DNA of 64,000 nucleotides from a virus, in the IMG/VR virus record IMGVR_UViG_3300002835_000013; one strand, written 5' to 3'. Shown piece by piece: positions 21,139 through 31,842 of the stretch. The notes beneath the pieces were generated by a model that saw nothing but the letters and a program-made list of their open reading frames with translations, had not been told where the DNA came from and searched no databases. Each line of letters begins with the position of its first letter. The stretch's first letter is position 1. The position numbers and the translations under genes were made by a program.

Positions 21139-24100
21139 TTAGTTTCCTTTTGACTTTAGATAATCAACTTCTTGTTTTAAGCTATCAACTTCTTGTTTTA
21201 GCTCTCTCACGGATTCCACTAGTAGCGCAATCAACTGTTGATTCATCTTAATTGTCTTGTAATCTTTGTCAAATGGAGCGGCGGCTACTGCTTCTGGTAG
21301 TACCTTTTCGACATCTTGTGCTAATAGTCCGACATCAGTGCCACGCATTGGTTGTGTCGTGTCTTCTCTCCAATCGAATCTTACGCCTCTTAGAGACAAC
21401 AAGTCTGCCAAAGGAGTTTCCGAAACTGGACGAAGATTTGTTTTTAGTCTTTCGTCAGAAGAATATGCTACAATGTTTCCTGCAGCAGTAAATGTTCCGC
21501 CAGATATCTCGAAAATGAATGGATTAGCTTCCCAAGCTAAAGTTGATCTATTAACACGACCAAATCTTAGTTCGTTGGTACCAGACTCGCCGCCCATATG
21601 TAACCATAGATAGCTATTATATTGACCACCTAGATAGAATCCTGTCCAACCAGAAGAAACTATATGTCTTAGACTATCTGTGAAAGTCTTTATTCCAGCA
21701 ATCGACTGATCTCCAACAGTGTATACACCGTTAGTAACCGAACCAGCCGATGATGCGCTTCCCGCAGATGCAGCATATGACACGCTAAAGTTGGAAGGAT
21801 TATATACTTGATGAGATACACCATCATTAGATCCCCATAACCAGCTAGGCTGACCTGCCTGCAATGACCAATTAAAGGTCATAGCGGTTCCGTTACCACC
21901 ACCCTGAGCAAGTGTGGACGCCTTAGCCGCTAAAGTTGCTGAAGATGCTGAAGATGCAGAACCTGAAATACTTATACCCCACGTACCAGTGGCGCCAACA
22001 CCAGACTTGGTAGGATATGTAGCGGCTGCATAATTATTAGCAGAAGTTCCTACAACCTGAGCATAAGCGTTGCCTGCATTGCCCACAGAAACAGCAAAAG
22101 ATGTGGCATAGTTATTGGCAGCCGTTGTTGATGTATTGGTGTATGCTCTAGCAACAATTAGATTAGCGTCAACGATTGTTCTGGCAAATGTATTAGAAGC
22201 ATTTGCCATTGCTCCAGCATAGTTGTTTGAAGAAGCACCGATATTTGATACAATACTATTTGCCCACGTATTAGATGCTGCACCAACCAGAATAGCATAT
22301 CCATTAGCACCGGCCGAAACGCCATTGGCCTTGGCAAAAGCCGCCGTAGTGTTTTGTGTTACAGATTCAATATCTGCATTTGAAGCGATTCGTCTATAAT
22401 TTGTGCCATCATTAGTAAATGTCCAACTATCACTCGTTTCATTCCAGAGAACAGCAACATTAGCAGATGAACCACGATTGATTTCGATACCTGCATCTTG
22501 TGTTGGTGCAGTTGCGATTGGTAAATCAGCATTTAATGTAACAATATTATCGCCTACAGCTAGTGTATTTGTATTGACATATGTTGTGGTTCCCAATACA
22601 GTTAGATTACCTGTGATGGAAAGATCACTACCAATTGATTGCTGTGACGCAGAAGACAATTTAACAAATCTACTATCGGTCCAGGACTGAACAAATGTAT
22701 TGACGTTATTAGCAACTACGCCTGCCTGATTAGCTGCGCCAAATCCCGATGCAGCATTTGTGGCGACGCCTGCAAAAGTCATTCCAGCAACTGTCAATCC
22801 TGTAGAAATGCTTGCTGAACCAGAAACATCTAGTGTGGTGGATGGTGTGATGGTTCCTACACCTAGTCTTGTATTCAGTTGATCGATGAATAAAACATTT
22901 GTTGTATTACCAATGCGAATATTGTTCGCTGTGATAATTTGCCCACCAAAGTATTGAATATAATCAGAAGATGCGTTACCAAGTATAATGTTACCAGTGG
23001 TTCTCATATCGCCGTCGATGTCAAGTTTAAGTGAACCAGCAGCGGTACCTAGACCAACATTGCCTGTGATAGTCATATTGCCGGCAAAGACAGCTCCAGA
23101 TGTATTAGGAAGAGCCGCATTTGCTCTAGCGAAAGCGGCAGTGGTATTGATAGAAACGCCGTTAGCGAAACCAAAAGCTGCGGCAGAATTTGTTGCTGTT
23201 CCGTTTGCTAATGCGAAAACTGCTGCTGTATTAACCGAAACACCATTAGCAAAAGTGAAGGCAGAATTAGTTAACGCAAATACTGTGTTAGTGACACCGA
23301 AAGACGTATTTACAACACCGAAGGCACCATTTGCTTTACCAAATGCTTGATTGGCAGCAAGAAAAGCTCCGTTTGCTGTGTTAAACGATACTTGATTTTC
23401 TATAATAATATTAGCAGCATTAGCACCTAGCTGTAGTGCTAATCCTACAGCATCGTTCGCACGATCACGGGCCGTGTTTGCTTGATCATATCCAGCATTA
23501 GCTACTGCATAACCAGAAGTGAGATTAGCGTTTACACCGTTGGCAAAACCAAAGATAGTATTTGCAAAGTTATAGACCGTATTTGTTCTTCCAAAAGCAG
23601 AGTTAGTAACACCAAAAGCAGAGTTAACTACAACATATGCGGCTGACAATCTTACATTGTCTGTATTAGATTGAGTGAATGCAGCATTTACTGTATTAAA
23701 AGCTCCTGTCAGTCTAACATTATCAGTATTTGCTTGTGTGAATGCAGAATTAACAACTGCAAATGCAGAATTTGTTACGACATAGTTGGCATTAGCGGAA
23801 GTATAAGCAGCATTTAATACAGTGAATGCGCCTGTCAGTCTGACATTGTCCGTATTAGCCTGTGCGAAAACTGAATTTGTTACGACGTAGTTGGCATTGG
23901 CACTAGTATAAGCTGCATTCAATACCGTAAATGCTCTGGTAAGTCTAACGTTGTCTGTGTTTGCTTGAGTGAAAGCGGAGTTTAATACAACATAGGCAGC
24001 GGACAATCTGACATTATCAGTATTGGCCTGCTCGAATACGGAATTGGTCACTTCATAGTTAGAATTGGCAGATGTATAGGCCGCATTTAATACATTAAAC

Positions 24101-24333
24101 GCTCTGGTAAGTCTAACGTTATCTGTATTTGCTTGTGTGAAAGCAGAATTTAACACTACATATGCCGCAGATAATCTAACGTTATCTGTATTAGACTGGA
24201 CGAAAACGGCATTGGTTGTCTGAAACACCAAGTTCATCTTGGCGTGCTGCTCATTCGCATAGAGAATTATCTGATTGGTTTTTGTTCTCCACTGATCAAA
24301 TGTATCAGTAAGGTTTACGTTTGCTAATCCCAT
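21139..24333 (-). CDS. Tail fibre (1064 aa) with S74 chaperone
   Basis: DTFDQWRTKTN N-terminus, NTDNVRL repeats, GIEINRG motif, SSDERLK...LVESVREL C-terminus. Confidence 0.85.
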   Translation of the reverse strand: MGLANVNLTDTFDQWRTKTNQIILYANEQHAKMNLVFQTTNAVFVQSNTDNVRLSAAYVVLNSAFTQANTDNVRLTRAFNVLNAAYTSANSNYEVTNSVFEQANTDNVRLSAAYVVLNSAFTQANTDNVRLTRAFTVLNAAYTSANANYVVTNSVFAQANTDNVRLTGAFTVLNAAYTSANANYVVTNSAFAVVNSAFTQANTDNVRLTGAFNTVNAAFTQSNTDNVRLSAAYVVVNSAFGVTNSAFGRTNTVYNFANTIFGFANGVNANLTSGYAVANAGYDQANTARDRANDAVGLALQLGANAANIIIENQVSFNTANGAFLAANQAFGKANGAFGVVNTSFGVTNTVFALTNSAFTFANGVSVNTAAVFALANGTATNSAAAFGFANGVSINTTAAFARANAALPNTSGAVFAGNMTITGNVGLGTAAGSLKLDIDGDMRTTGNIILGNASSDYIQYFGGQIITANNIRIGNTTNVLFIDQLNTRLGVGTITPSTTLDVSGSASISTGLTVAGMTFAGVATNAASGFGAANQAGVVANNVNTFVQSWTDSRFVKLSSASQQSIGSDLSITGNLTVLGTTTYVNTNTLAVGDNIVTLNADLPIATAPTQDAGIEINRGSSANVAVLWNETSDSWTFTNDGTNYRRIASNADIESVTQNTTAAFAKANGVSAGANGYAILVGAASNTWANSIVSNIGASSNNYAGAMANASNTFARTIVDANLIVARAYTNTSTTAANNYATSFAVSVGNAGNAYAQVVGTSANNYAAATYPTKSGVGATGTWGISISGSASSASSATLAAKASTLAQGGGNGTAMTFNWSLQAGQPSWLWGSNDGVSHQVYNPSNFSVSYAASAGSASSAGSVTNGVYTVGDQSIAGIKTFTDSLRHIVSSGWTGFYLGGQYNSYLWLHMGGESGTNELRFGRVNRSTLAWEANPFIFEISGGTFTAAGNIVAYSSDERLKTNLRPVSETPLADLLSLRGVRFDWREDTTQPMRGTDVGLLAQDVEKVLPEAVAAAPFDKDYKTIKMNQQLIALLVESVRELKQEVDSLKQEVDYLKSKGN
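23630..24200. repeat. Degenerate coding repeats (NTDNVRL(S/T)xA(Y/F)xVLN; 7 copies of NTDNVRL)
   Basis: Visible in the translation and in the DNA; synonymous divergence between copies. Confidence 0.8.
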
Positions 24334-24334
24334 G

Positions 24335-24538
24335 TTACTCTAAAACCTTCTTTAGCATTTCTTTGATTTCTTGTAAGTCGTTTTTCAGTGAAGATACTTC
24401 TTCCTTCATATTATCGATTTCTTTATCTCTATTCTTTCTTGCTTTATATGCAGCAAGAGCGTTACTATCTTTATTTATAAGAAATCCCTCGGGGCTTCTG
24501 TAAATGCCTGGAATATCTGTTTTGGCTTCTCTACTCAT
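24335..24538 (-). CDS. Small coiled-coil protein
   Basis: LINKD..AL.AYK..K...LKNDLQEIKEML pattern seen near VrlC-like genes in T4-like phages. Confidence 0.7.
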   Translation of the reverse strand: MSREAKTDIPGIYRSPEGFLINKDSNALAAYKARKNRDKEIDNMKEEVSSLKNDLQEIKEMLKKVLE

Positions 24539-25317
24539 CTTAGTCCGACTCTGGCATTCAATAGATCGGTAATGACTTTTCTTTCGTCAAATTTCTCTAC
24601 GTCTTCTGGTCTATCTACGCAACCATGTAACTCGCAAACAAACTTGATAGCCTCTAACCACTTGGCAATAATGTCTGGATCATAGTTTAGGGTTCTCATG
24701 ACCTTCTTACCGGCGGTATCAATAAACTTAGGAGGTATAACTACGCACCCAAGACATACATGATGATCGGTGACTGTCACATTATAGTCAAAACCATAGC
24801 ACGCTTTAGGCTTTCTAGTAACCACTGTGTCGTCATAAATCTTTAGCGAGTCATAGATGTCCGCAACACCATAAACTTTGGCAGTATTGAGAACCTCGGC
24901 ATTGTTTCTTACAATGGCTCTACCAAAGACTTCGGCGTGATCATATACAAGAGCGTTATCCATAACACGGCAGTCCTCGTATATCTTGGCATGACCAGAA
25001 ACTCTGGCATTATTATAGACTTGAGCCGTGTCAAATACCTGGGCATCACCGTAAACTCTGGCATTTCCATACACCCTAGCATTTCCATAAACTTTGGCAT
25101 GGTCGTTTATGATAGCATTGCCAGTTACTTTGGCCTCGCCATAAACAATAGCATATGGACCTACGTAACAATCTTCATCAACATGTGCGGTTTCTGCTAC
25201 CCATCCACCGCCTTTTTGATGTTGATGGGCAGGTACTTTCTGCCCATCTCCAAAATCAACAATCTTTACTTCTGTAATACCGAGTTCACTAGCATCAAAA
25301 CTAAAAGTCATATTCAC
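24535..25317 (-). CDS. Left-handed beta-helix (hexapeptide repeat) protein
   Basis: Tandem VYGNAR, VYGDAQ and VSGHAK hexapeptides. Confidence 0.85.
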   Translation of the reverse strand: MNMTFSFDASELGITEVKIVDFGDGQKVPAHQHQKGGGWVAETAHVDEDCYVGPYAIVYGEAKVTGNAIINDHAKVYGNARVYGNARVYGDAQVFDTAQVYNNARVSGHAKIYEDCRVMDNALVYDHAEVFGRAIVRNNAEVLNTAKVYGVADIYDSLKIYDDTVVTRKPKACYGFDYNVTVTDHHVCLGCVVIPPKFIDTAGKKVMRTLNYDPDIIAKWLEAIKFVCELHGCVDRPEDVEKFDERKVITDLLNARVGLR

Positions 25318-25320
25318 TCC

Positions 25321-28300
25321 TTATTTCTGTAGGGCGATTGCTCTCAAATCTCCAACTCTTGGTACGACGGCTGTATTTTCTCCGTCGTTTAGTAGACCAA
25401 CCTTGATAGCGAAATACTTATATGACTGATAAGTTACACCATTATCTGTTGTATAAGAAATAACATTTGATGTTCCACCGATTAGAGCGGCAGGACGTCC
25501 TAGAGTTGTGATAACTGTGTTACCGACAACATTTCCTGTTGCTGTATTGACAACATTAGCGGACTCGCCAGCAGCGAAGCCAGATGCGCTCATTACATAG
25601 ATGGCGCCGTTACCGCTACCCTCTACACTATTGACAATAGAATAGAATCCAGATGTTAGTCCATCAAGTCTATTGCCAGGAATAATAGATGTCTGATTGG
25701 CGTTGGCACCAAGCTTGGTGCTATTAAGTGTCAATCTATCAACAGTTGATAATGGAACAAGATAAGTGTATTCAATAAAGTCATCAAGATTATCGATTGA
25801 TGAATATCTTACATCACCTGGTGAACGCTTATAAAGTTCGACCCATGGTCTTTCAGCAACTGGTGTATCATCTTCGGCGTTTAGAACCTTTAGCCAAACC
25901 TTTACGTCTGTTCCTGGTGGACGATATGCAGTTAGCATAACCTGCATGTCTTCTGCATCTTGTCCTTCTGCTAGTGTAACAACCTTTGAGATATACTTGT
26001 TTAGAAGTAGACCATGTGTCGGTAGTGTTTCACCGGCAGTATCGTTATTGATGATGTTATCGATAAGAACACAGTGGGTTCTGGACACATCAATTACTGG
26101 AGAAACGGAATTAGATGCTGTTCTCATGTTGACCTGAACATTCATAGAGCGTTGGTTGCTTAGTTGAGAAATCTCTAGTGATTTAGAGAATAGTCCCTGT
26201 TCGGTCTTGAAGTAATATGTCTCGGATGGATCAACATCAATGAATGATCCAAATGTTCCATCTACATTTGTTGGTCTAACCTTGAAGTTGATATCGGTTA
26301 GCTCAAAACTTAGGAATGATGGCTCAAATGACATGGTAGAATATCTAAAGTTAGAGATGGACTCTACTCTTTCGAGTCTACCACGCTTGCTCCAATCGGT
26401 CGCAGCAATAACATAATCGCCATTGACGAATCCGCCACCTGAACCAGTTAGATGAACAAGAGAGGTGTCAGGACCATCTACATAATAGCTTAGTGTTCCA
26501 TAGGCATTATACTTGTCACTAATGGTTGCTGAAACACCCTTATAGAGTGAGTTAGCGGCATGGAGAACATTGATAACTTCGCCATCGAAGTATCCAGTAT
26601 TGGAACAATGTATTAGACCACCAGCAACGCTTACGACGGTGCTATTCTGGAATGATGTGCGACCATTGATAATATCACCTACAGCAATCGAACCATTGGC
26701 TCCTGATAGTGTTAGCTTATCACCGGAGATGAATGGCTCACCGTAGTTATCAATGAAGTTGATACTCTCATTCTTGACGAATAGTTTATCCATCGATCTA
26801 TTGCCAAGATATGCAATACCATCAACATCCTTAACGAAGTCGGCACGATAGAACTTGACAGCAAGGTCAACGTCTGGAATAATATCCCAGTTTGTATTGT
26901 TGTTTGTCTGATAGAATGTGCCTGTACCACGACGATCAACAACTGGTCCAAGACCATTGATATCTGTCTGGCCGAGTCTTGAAATCCAAACATAAACATC
27001 TGGATTAGCGTTTAGCGGATGGATGATAAATGCATACTGTGTATCGTTATACAAGAATACAGGTGCAGGGAAGACAACCTTACATGGATTTGTTCTACCA
27101 TTTGGCGAAATTGGAACAGTTGCAGGATTATTGAAGAACACTTCCGAATAAGGAACAGTGTTTCTTGTAATCTGTTGACCAGCATCCATTTCACGGATTT
27201 CACACCAGAATCCCTGTCTACCAATTCTTGACACGAAGATATCAACGCTTGTCAAGAAAATACCTTCTTCTCCCTTAGGCGCTCTTGCCAAGAAAGAGTA
27301 TGCGGTACAAGAGTGAGACGCAGGTGGTGGTGGAGGTGGAGCAGCAATTGACTCCCACTCGGATGATGATGTGTCCTGTCTAATTGCCTCTGTATGATAA
27401 GAGACAGTCTTAGTTGATAGAATCGAACGCTGCTTAGATACGGCTGTACCAGATGCTGTGAATAGTGCCTGACCTCCTGTTGAGATATCAGCAGGAACTT
27501 CTGTTCTGTTTCTAACGGCGTTAGGATCAACAGGTGTTCTACTGTCAATAACTAGAACTGGACGCTGACCAACTCTAAACTGACCACGTGGAATCTGCAT
27601 CTGGAATGTTAGAACGCCATCCTTGTCGGTAACTAGTGTAGAACCTAGTGGAATCCAGTTTTCAAGATTAGAAGGAAAAGCCGGAGTTGTTATGTTATTA
27701 GCAGATGAAGTGCCTCTTGTTAGATCAATAACCGTATTTGATGGTAGACCTGGTTGATTAGCAATGATCCAACCAAACTGATTAGCAGTAACTGGTCGAG
27801 CATTGTTAGCCATTGGCACACTATCAAAGTATGGCCACATTTGGGTGAATGGCTTCATGCCGGTGCAGCGAACTGTAATCATTTGCTGACGAATGTATGG
27901 ATAAGACTGAATATCAACAATCTTATAGCCGCTCTCAACTACGTCTGCGCTATTTGTCTCCCAATACTGTGTACCAGTTCTCTGATTGTTATAAACGGTT
28001 TCAATCGTTACACCTGATCCGCCAATTGGATTGTTAGCGTTTGCTGCCGCACGGGCAGAGTCATAAGTTGAATATGTGCCTACGAGTGTTTTACCAGCAC
28101 CACTTCCTCTATAGACCTTATATCCTGTAACCCATCTCTTCCATGCGTTCCATGTGGTGTTGACTAGTGTATCAACTACACCTACGGTTGCATTAGCCTT
28201 GAAGGTGCCGAAGTTTGTATTTGCTTGTCTTACTTCATTGTTAGAAGATAGAACGACAACTTCCATACCATACTGTTCGGTAGAGTATCTAACATTAGCA

Positions 28301-31300
28301 CCCTGGGTACCATAGACAACGATTGATGTTGACTTGTTAGATAGCTGTTCGTCAGGCATAATGGTTGTGTCAATCCAAATATCCTGATCTGGATATAGAT
28401 TGACATTTCCTAGGAATAGCCAAGACTGACGCTCAACATTGATATCGGTTGTTACTCTTTCTTGTGCGTAGTGTAGAACTTCGGTGTAGTTTAGAGTAAT
28501 AACTGGATTGTTTAGCTTGACGTTGGTACCGCCCTGATAGTCATAAGCAATTGTTTCCATCTTATACAATGAACGAATTGACTTCTCTTCAGGATCGAAA
28601 GTAATTCTCTGTTCTGGATCGTATGTCGCAGATAGTGAACTGTCTCTAAAGTTATCTGTAAAGATACCATTCTTGAATCGATCTAGACCGTTTTCATCTA
28701 GAATCTTCATCTGTGTGGCTGCTCTTTCTAGAACAGATAGAGATGTGTAGTATTCTAGATTTACAATGCGCTCCTTGAGAACACCAATGTCTCTCATCGT
28801 GAAGCGAATGTTTGAAAGTCTTCTTGACGAACAAGCCAAGTCTTCTCTACCAAGAGCAATAGCGTATGCAGGTGATAGAGATGGATATGGGACAACTGTC
28901 AATGAAGCAAGAGCCATTGTTCCAGGTAGCAATTCTGGTGTCTTTGGATTTAGACCAGGAACACCCTTGATTACTTGAAACTTGTTGTCCTTGTTAACCA
29001 CGATAAGATCGGTTCTACCAAGATAGTAGTAATAGTCGAAAGTTACAACCGATGAAGGCACGGGAAACTTTAGACCACCACCAGATGCCTGATAGGTTGT
29101 CGATGCCGTTGGATTAGCAGTCGCCGCCGCTGGTGTGGTAGCGTCGGCAGAACTATTAACCTTAACAGGTCTAAAGTCAAGATGATTTCTTAAATCAAAT
29201 GTCTTACCTGTTGTTGGTGACTTATAAACAGGAACATTTTCTGTTCTAATGTTTTGTTCTGGATTGAATAGAGCATCGTTATCCTGAATTGGATAAGAGT
29301 CAATTGAGAAATAACCCGAACCAACTGTAAAGTCAGGAGAGAAGTAATCTAGTTCTACCAGTAGATATGTGTTATTAGCCAGAGTTACTTTTGGCTTGAT
29401 TGTTGCATGATCGTATAGTGTGTCCTTCTGTCCATTATTGAATACGAACGAAGAAACAACATTAGAACCAGCAGTATTTGATGCAGGATAAGATCCCGCT
29501 TGTGATCTAATCGAACGGATTCGATACACATCAGAGAAACCTAAATCGAACGGACCACGAAGTCCAGCTGTATTAGTTTCGGGTCTAATCTTGACATATC
29601 TTCTGGTTCTTAGTGTCTTCTTGATTTCTAGTGCTGTTGATCTAGCAATAGGATAAGTTGCTGTCACATAGAATGTAGCTGGAAATGACTCTCTAAGATT
29701 GAACTGGAGAGATGTTGATGTCGCAGTTACAATTCTTTGTCTTCCATCGTCGTTACCAACGCCGGCCATGTTGATCATATCACCGGATCTATAAACTTTC
29801 GAGAGAGTATTACCTGTTAGCGCCGCAGGAAGATTAGCGTCTACAGTTAGACTTGTATCGCCTGAGATGCCAGTTACATAATAGATGTTGGTATTACCAG
29901 AAATCTGAATCTTATCACCAACATTTAGACGAGTAAATCTGGTTCCAAGTCCTACTAGTGTTCTTCCGGTATTGCTTGATGTTAGACCAGTCATAGAAAT
30001 AGCGATAACATTCGCACCAGCAGTTGTCTGGTTGAATGTCAGATAGTAATTACTTGCTGACGATCCGCTATATGTTCCAGGAATAAATGTCTCAACACCA
30101 GGTGATAGTGTTAGAGTAAAGATACCATTACTTGACACCTGAACAGAAGAAGCAACGCCGTCTGTCTTGCTGTATTGATAATTGGTATCGGTCGATGAAA
30201 CATCACTAACACTTCTTACAGTCTTGGTATAATCTGAACCTGTATAGAATAGAAGTGGCGACTCTGGAATTCTTTGTAGAATGGCATTGTTAGCGACGTC
30301 CAGAACGGCGTCAGCGCCTGGTGCAGGATTTACACCGGAAGCGGCAGCATAGAAACTTCTTACGTTTGAGAATACGTTCGACCCAAGCATCTTGATATCA
30401 GACAGATAAACATTATATCTGGCGTCATATCCTGGTGTTCCTGTAACATACTCATAAGAAAGTAGTGTAGCAGAACCGATCTTGCTTCCTGTTTGTGAAG
30501 CAATAGACCACTTCTTTTCAGAAATTCGATTCTGTGCGGTATTGTAAAGGTCGATAGAATTGCCTTTGTTTAGCTCCCAACCACCAACAAACTCATCAAC
30601 TGTTACATAAGACCCTGGTGTGAAGCCAACTAGCTGTGCGTTGACGTTGGATGTTGTTAGTCCTTTTTCAACAGAAAGGTCTACAGTTGCTAGTGAACCA
30701 ACCTGATATCCCTCACAGTAACCTGTTCCTGGAGAAACACCAGCATAAAGAAGTGAGTTATTTCCGTTAGCGTAACGACCGAAGTTTGAACCGGTGTCAT
30801 CATGCTCTTTGATTTGAACTTCCATGCCATTGATAACATAATCACCAGAGTTGTCATGCGTTCTACGAGCCATGGCATCATTGATATAAGAATACTGTGT
30901 GTTAGCTAGAAACGATGTGGCGACACCATTCTCTAGTGTGAATAGTGATACAAAGTTCTGAACATCGACGGCATCGTTAGCACCTACGACAGCTAGTTCT
31001 GGATTTAGCTTTAGACGATCAGCACCTGGAGCAGAGAAGTTAGATGCTTCCTGTGCTGGATCAAGTAGCGAAGAATCTGCGGATGCATTGACAATTTCTT
31101 CTGTAATGTAAAACCCGACTCTTGCTGTTGGATTGGCATCATATCTGCTAACGATAATAGATGAATCCGGGAAAGCAATAAAGTGATTTTTCGCAAAGAG
31201 AACACCAGCAGAGATAGCAAAGCGGCAACCAAATCCAGTAGGAGCAGGATCGGTGTTGTGAACAACTAGGGTGTATGGAGTATTGCCAATGTTTGCTGTT

Positions 31301-31827
31301 AGTGTTTCGCCTGCCTGGAATACCTTTTGTGTGGCATTAGAGGTAGATGCTGAGGTATAAGCAACATAAATTGTCTTGGTATTCTGTAAAGATTGAACAC
31401 CATCTAGTGTCTGGACAAGTTGTGCGGTGATGTTGGTTGTTGAACCACGAAGCTCTACTCTGGTATTGCCTGCCTGTTTGCCCTGGTAGATAAAGTTTTC
31501 CCAAGCAGCCATGCTAACTGTATTACCAGTAGCGTCTGTGTCCAAAACTTTTACGTAACGAGCCGCACGACCAGCGGTTAGACCTGCATTAGTTTCTAGG
31601 TAGAAAGCACCAGGAATGACGATTGTGCCGTCCTTGAAAATGTTACGACCAAATCGCTGAATCTGCTCTTGGAGAGTTGTCTGGATTTGTGTTAGTTCTC
31701 TGGCCTGTACCGCATAACCAGGCTTAAATAGAATGCGATAAAAACCCTTTGTAGCATCATAATCATCGTAATATGGTGTTACATTGAAGTCTGTAGTTAG
31801 CGCCGTAACATTAGCAGTATTTGCCAT
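25321..31827 (-). CDS. Large structural protein, VrlC/DUF4815-like
   Basis: FNVTPYYDDY...RILFKPGYAVQARELTQ, APGADRLK, RFKNGIFTDNF and terminal DLRAIAL motifs. Confidence 0.88.
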   Translation of the reverse strand: MANTANVTALTTDFNVTPYYDDYDATKGFYRILFKPGYAVQARELTQIQTTLQEQIQRFGRNIFKDGTIVIPGAFYLETNAGLTAGRAARYVKVLDTDATGNTVSMAAWENFIYQGKQAGNTRVELRGSTTNITAQLVQTLDGVQSLQNTKTIYVAYTSASTSNATQKVFQAGETLTANIGNTPYTLVVHNTDPAPTGFGCRFAISAGVLFAKNHFIAFPDSSIIVSRYDANPTARVGFYITEEIVNASADSSLLDPAQEASNFSAPGADRLKLNPELAVVGANDAVDVQNFVSLFTLENGVATSFLANTQYSYINDAMARRTHDNSGDYVINGMEVQIKEHDDTGSNFGRYANGNNSLLYAGVSPGTGYCEGYQVGSLATVDLSVEKGLTTSNVNAQLVGFTPGSYVTVDEFVGGWELNKGNSIDLYNTAQNRISEKKWSIASQTGSKIGSATLLSYEYVTGTPGYDARYNVYLSDIKMLGSNVFSNVRSFYAAASGVNPAPGADAVLDVANNAILQRIPESPLLFYTGSDYTKTVRSVSDVSSTDTNYQYSKTDGVASSVQVSSNGIFTLTLSPGVETFIPGTYSGSSASNYYLTFNQTTAGANVIAISMTGLTSSNTGRTLVGLGTRFTRLNVGDKIQISGNTNIYYVTGISGDTSLTVDANLPAALTGNTLSKVYRSGDMINMAGVGNDDGRQRIVTATSTSLQFNLRESFPATFYVTATYPIARSTALEIKKTLRTRRYVKIRPETNTAGLRGPFDLGFSDVYRIRSIRSQAGSYPASNTAGSNVVSSFVFNNGQKDTLYDHATIKPKVTLANNTYLLVELDYFSPDFTVGSGYFSIDSYPIQDNDALFNPEQNIRTENVPVYKSPTTGKTFDLRNHLDFRPVKVNSSADATTPAAATANPTASTTYQASGGGLKFPVPSSVVTFDYYYYLGRTDLIVVNKDNKFQVIKGVPGLNPKTPELLPGTMALASLTVVPYPSLSPAYAIALGREDLACSSRRLSNIRFTMRDIGVLKERIVNLEYYTSLSVLERAATQMKILDENGLDRFKNGIFTDNFRDSSLSATYDPEQRITFDPEEKSIRSLYKMETIAYDYQGGTNVKLNNPVITLNYTEVLHYAQERVTTDINVERQSWLFLGNVNLYPDQDIWIDTTIMPDEQLSNKSTSIVVYGTQGANVRYSTEQYGMEVVVLSSNNEVRQANTNFGTFKANATVGVVDTLVNTTWNAWKRWVTGYKVYRGSGAGKTLVGTYSTYDSARAAANANNPIGGSGVTIETVYNNQRTGTQYWETNSADVVESGYKIVDIQSYPYIRQQMITVRCTGMKPFTQMWPYFDSVPMANNARPVTANQFGWIIANQPGLPSNTVIDLTRGTSSANNITTPAFPSNLENWIPLGSTLVTDKDGVLTFQMQIPRGQFRVGQRPVLVIDSRTPVDPNAVRNRTEVPADISTGGQALFTASGTAVSKQRSILSTKTVSYHTEAIRQDTSSSEWESIAAPPPPPPASHSCTAYSFLARAPKGEEGIFLTSVDIFVSRIGRQGFWCEIREMDAGQQITRNTVPYSEVFFNNPATVPISPNGRTNPCKVVFPAPVFLYNDTQYAFIIHPLNANPDVYVWISRLGQTDINGLGPVVDRRGTGTFYQTNNNTNWDIIPDVDLAVKFYRADFVKDVDGIAYLGNRSMDKLFVKNESINFIDNYGEPFISGDKLTLSGANGSIAVGDIINGRTSFQNSTVVSVAGGLIHCSNTGYFDGEVINVLHAANSLYKGVSATISDKYNAYGTLSYYVDGPDTSLVHLTGSGGGFVNGDYVIAATDWSKRGRLERVESISNFRYSTMSFEPSFLSFELTDINFKVRPTNVDGTFGSFIDVDPSETYYFKTEQGLFSKSLEISQLSNQRSMNVQVNMRTASNSVSPVIDVSRTHCVLIDNIINNDTAGETLPTHGLLLNKYISKVVTLAEGQDAEDMQVMLTAYRPPGTDVKVWLKVLNAEDDTPVAERPWVELYKRSPGDVRYSSIDNLDDFIEYTYLVPLSTVDRLTLNSTKLGANANQTSIIPGNRLDGLTSGFYSIVNSVEGSGNGAIYVMSASGFAAGESANVVNTATGNVVGNTVITTLGRPAALIGGTSNVISYTTDNGVTYQSYKYFAIKVGLLNDGENTAVVPRVGDLRAIALQK

Positions 31828-31842
31828 TTTCTATTCTTTCCC

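Noticed and set aside
12120-24333. Diversity-generating retroelement or invertible shufflon in the fibre genes
   Set aside because: No reverse transcriptase or invertase lies in the window. The repeats are in-frame coding units with no adenine-specific mismatch pattern that I could see.
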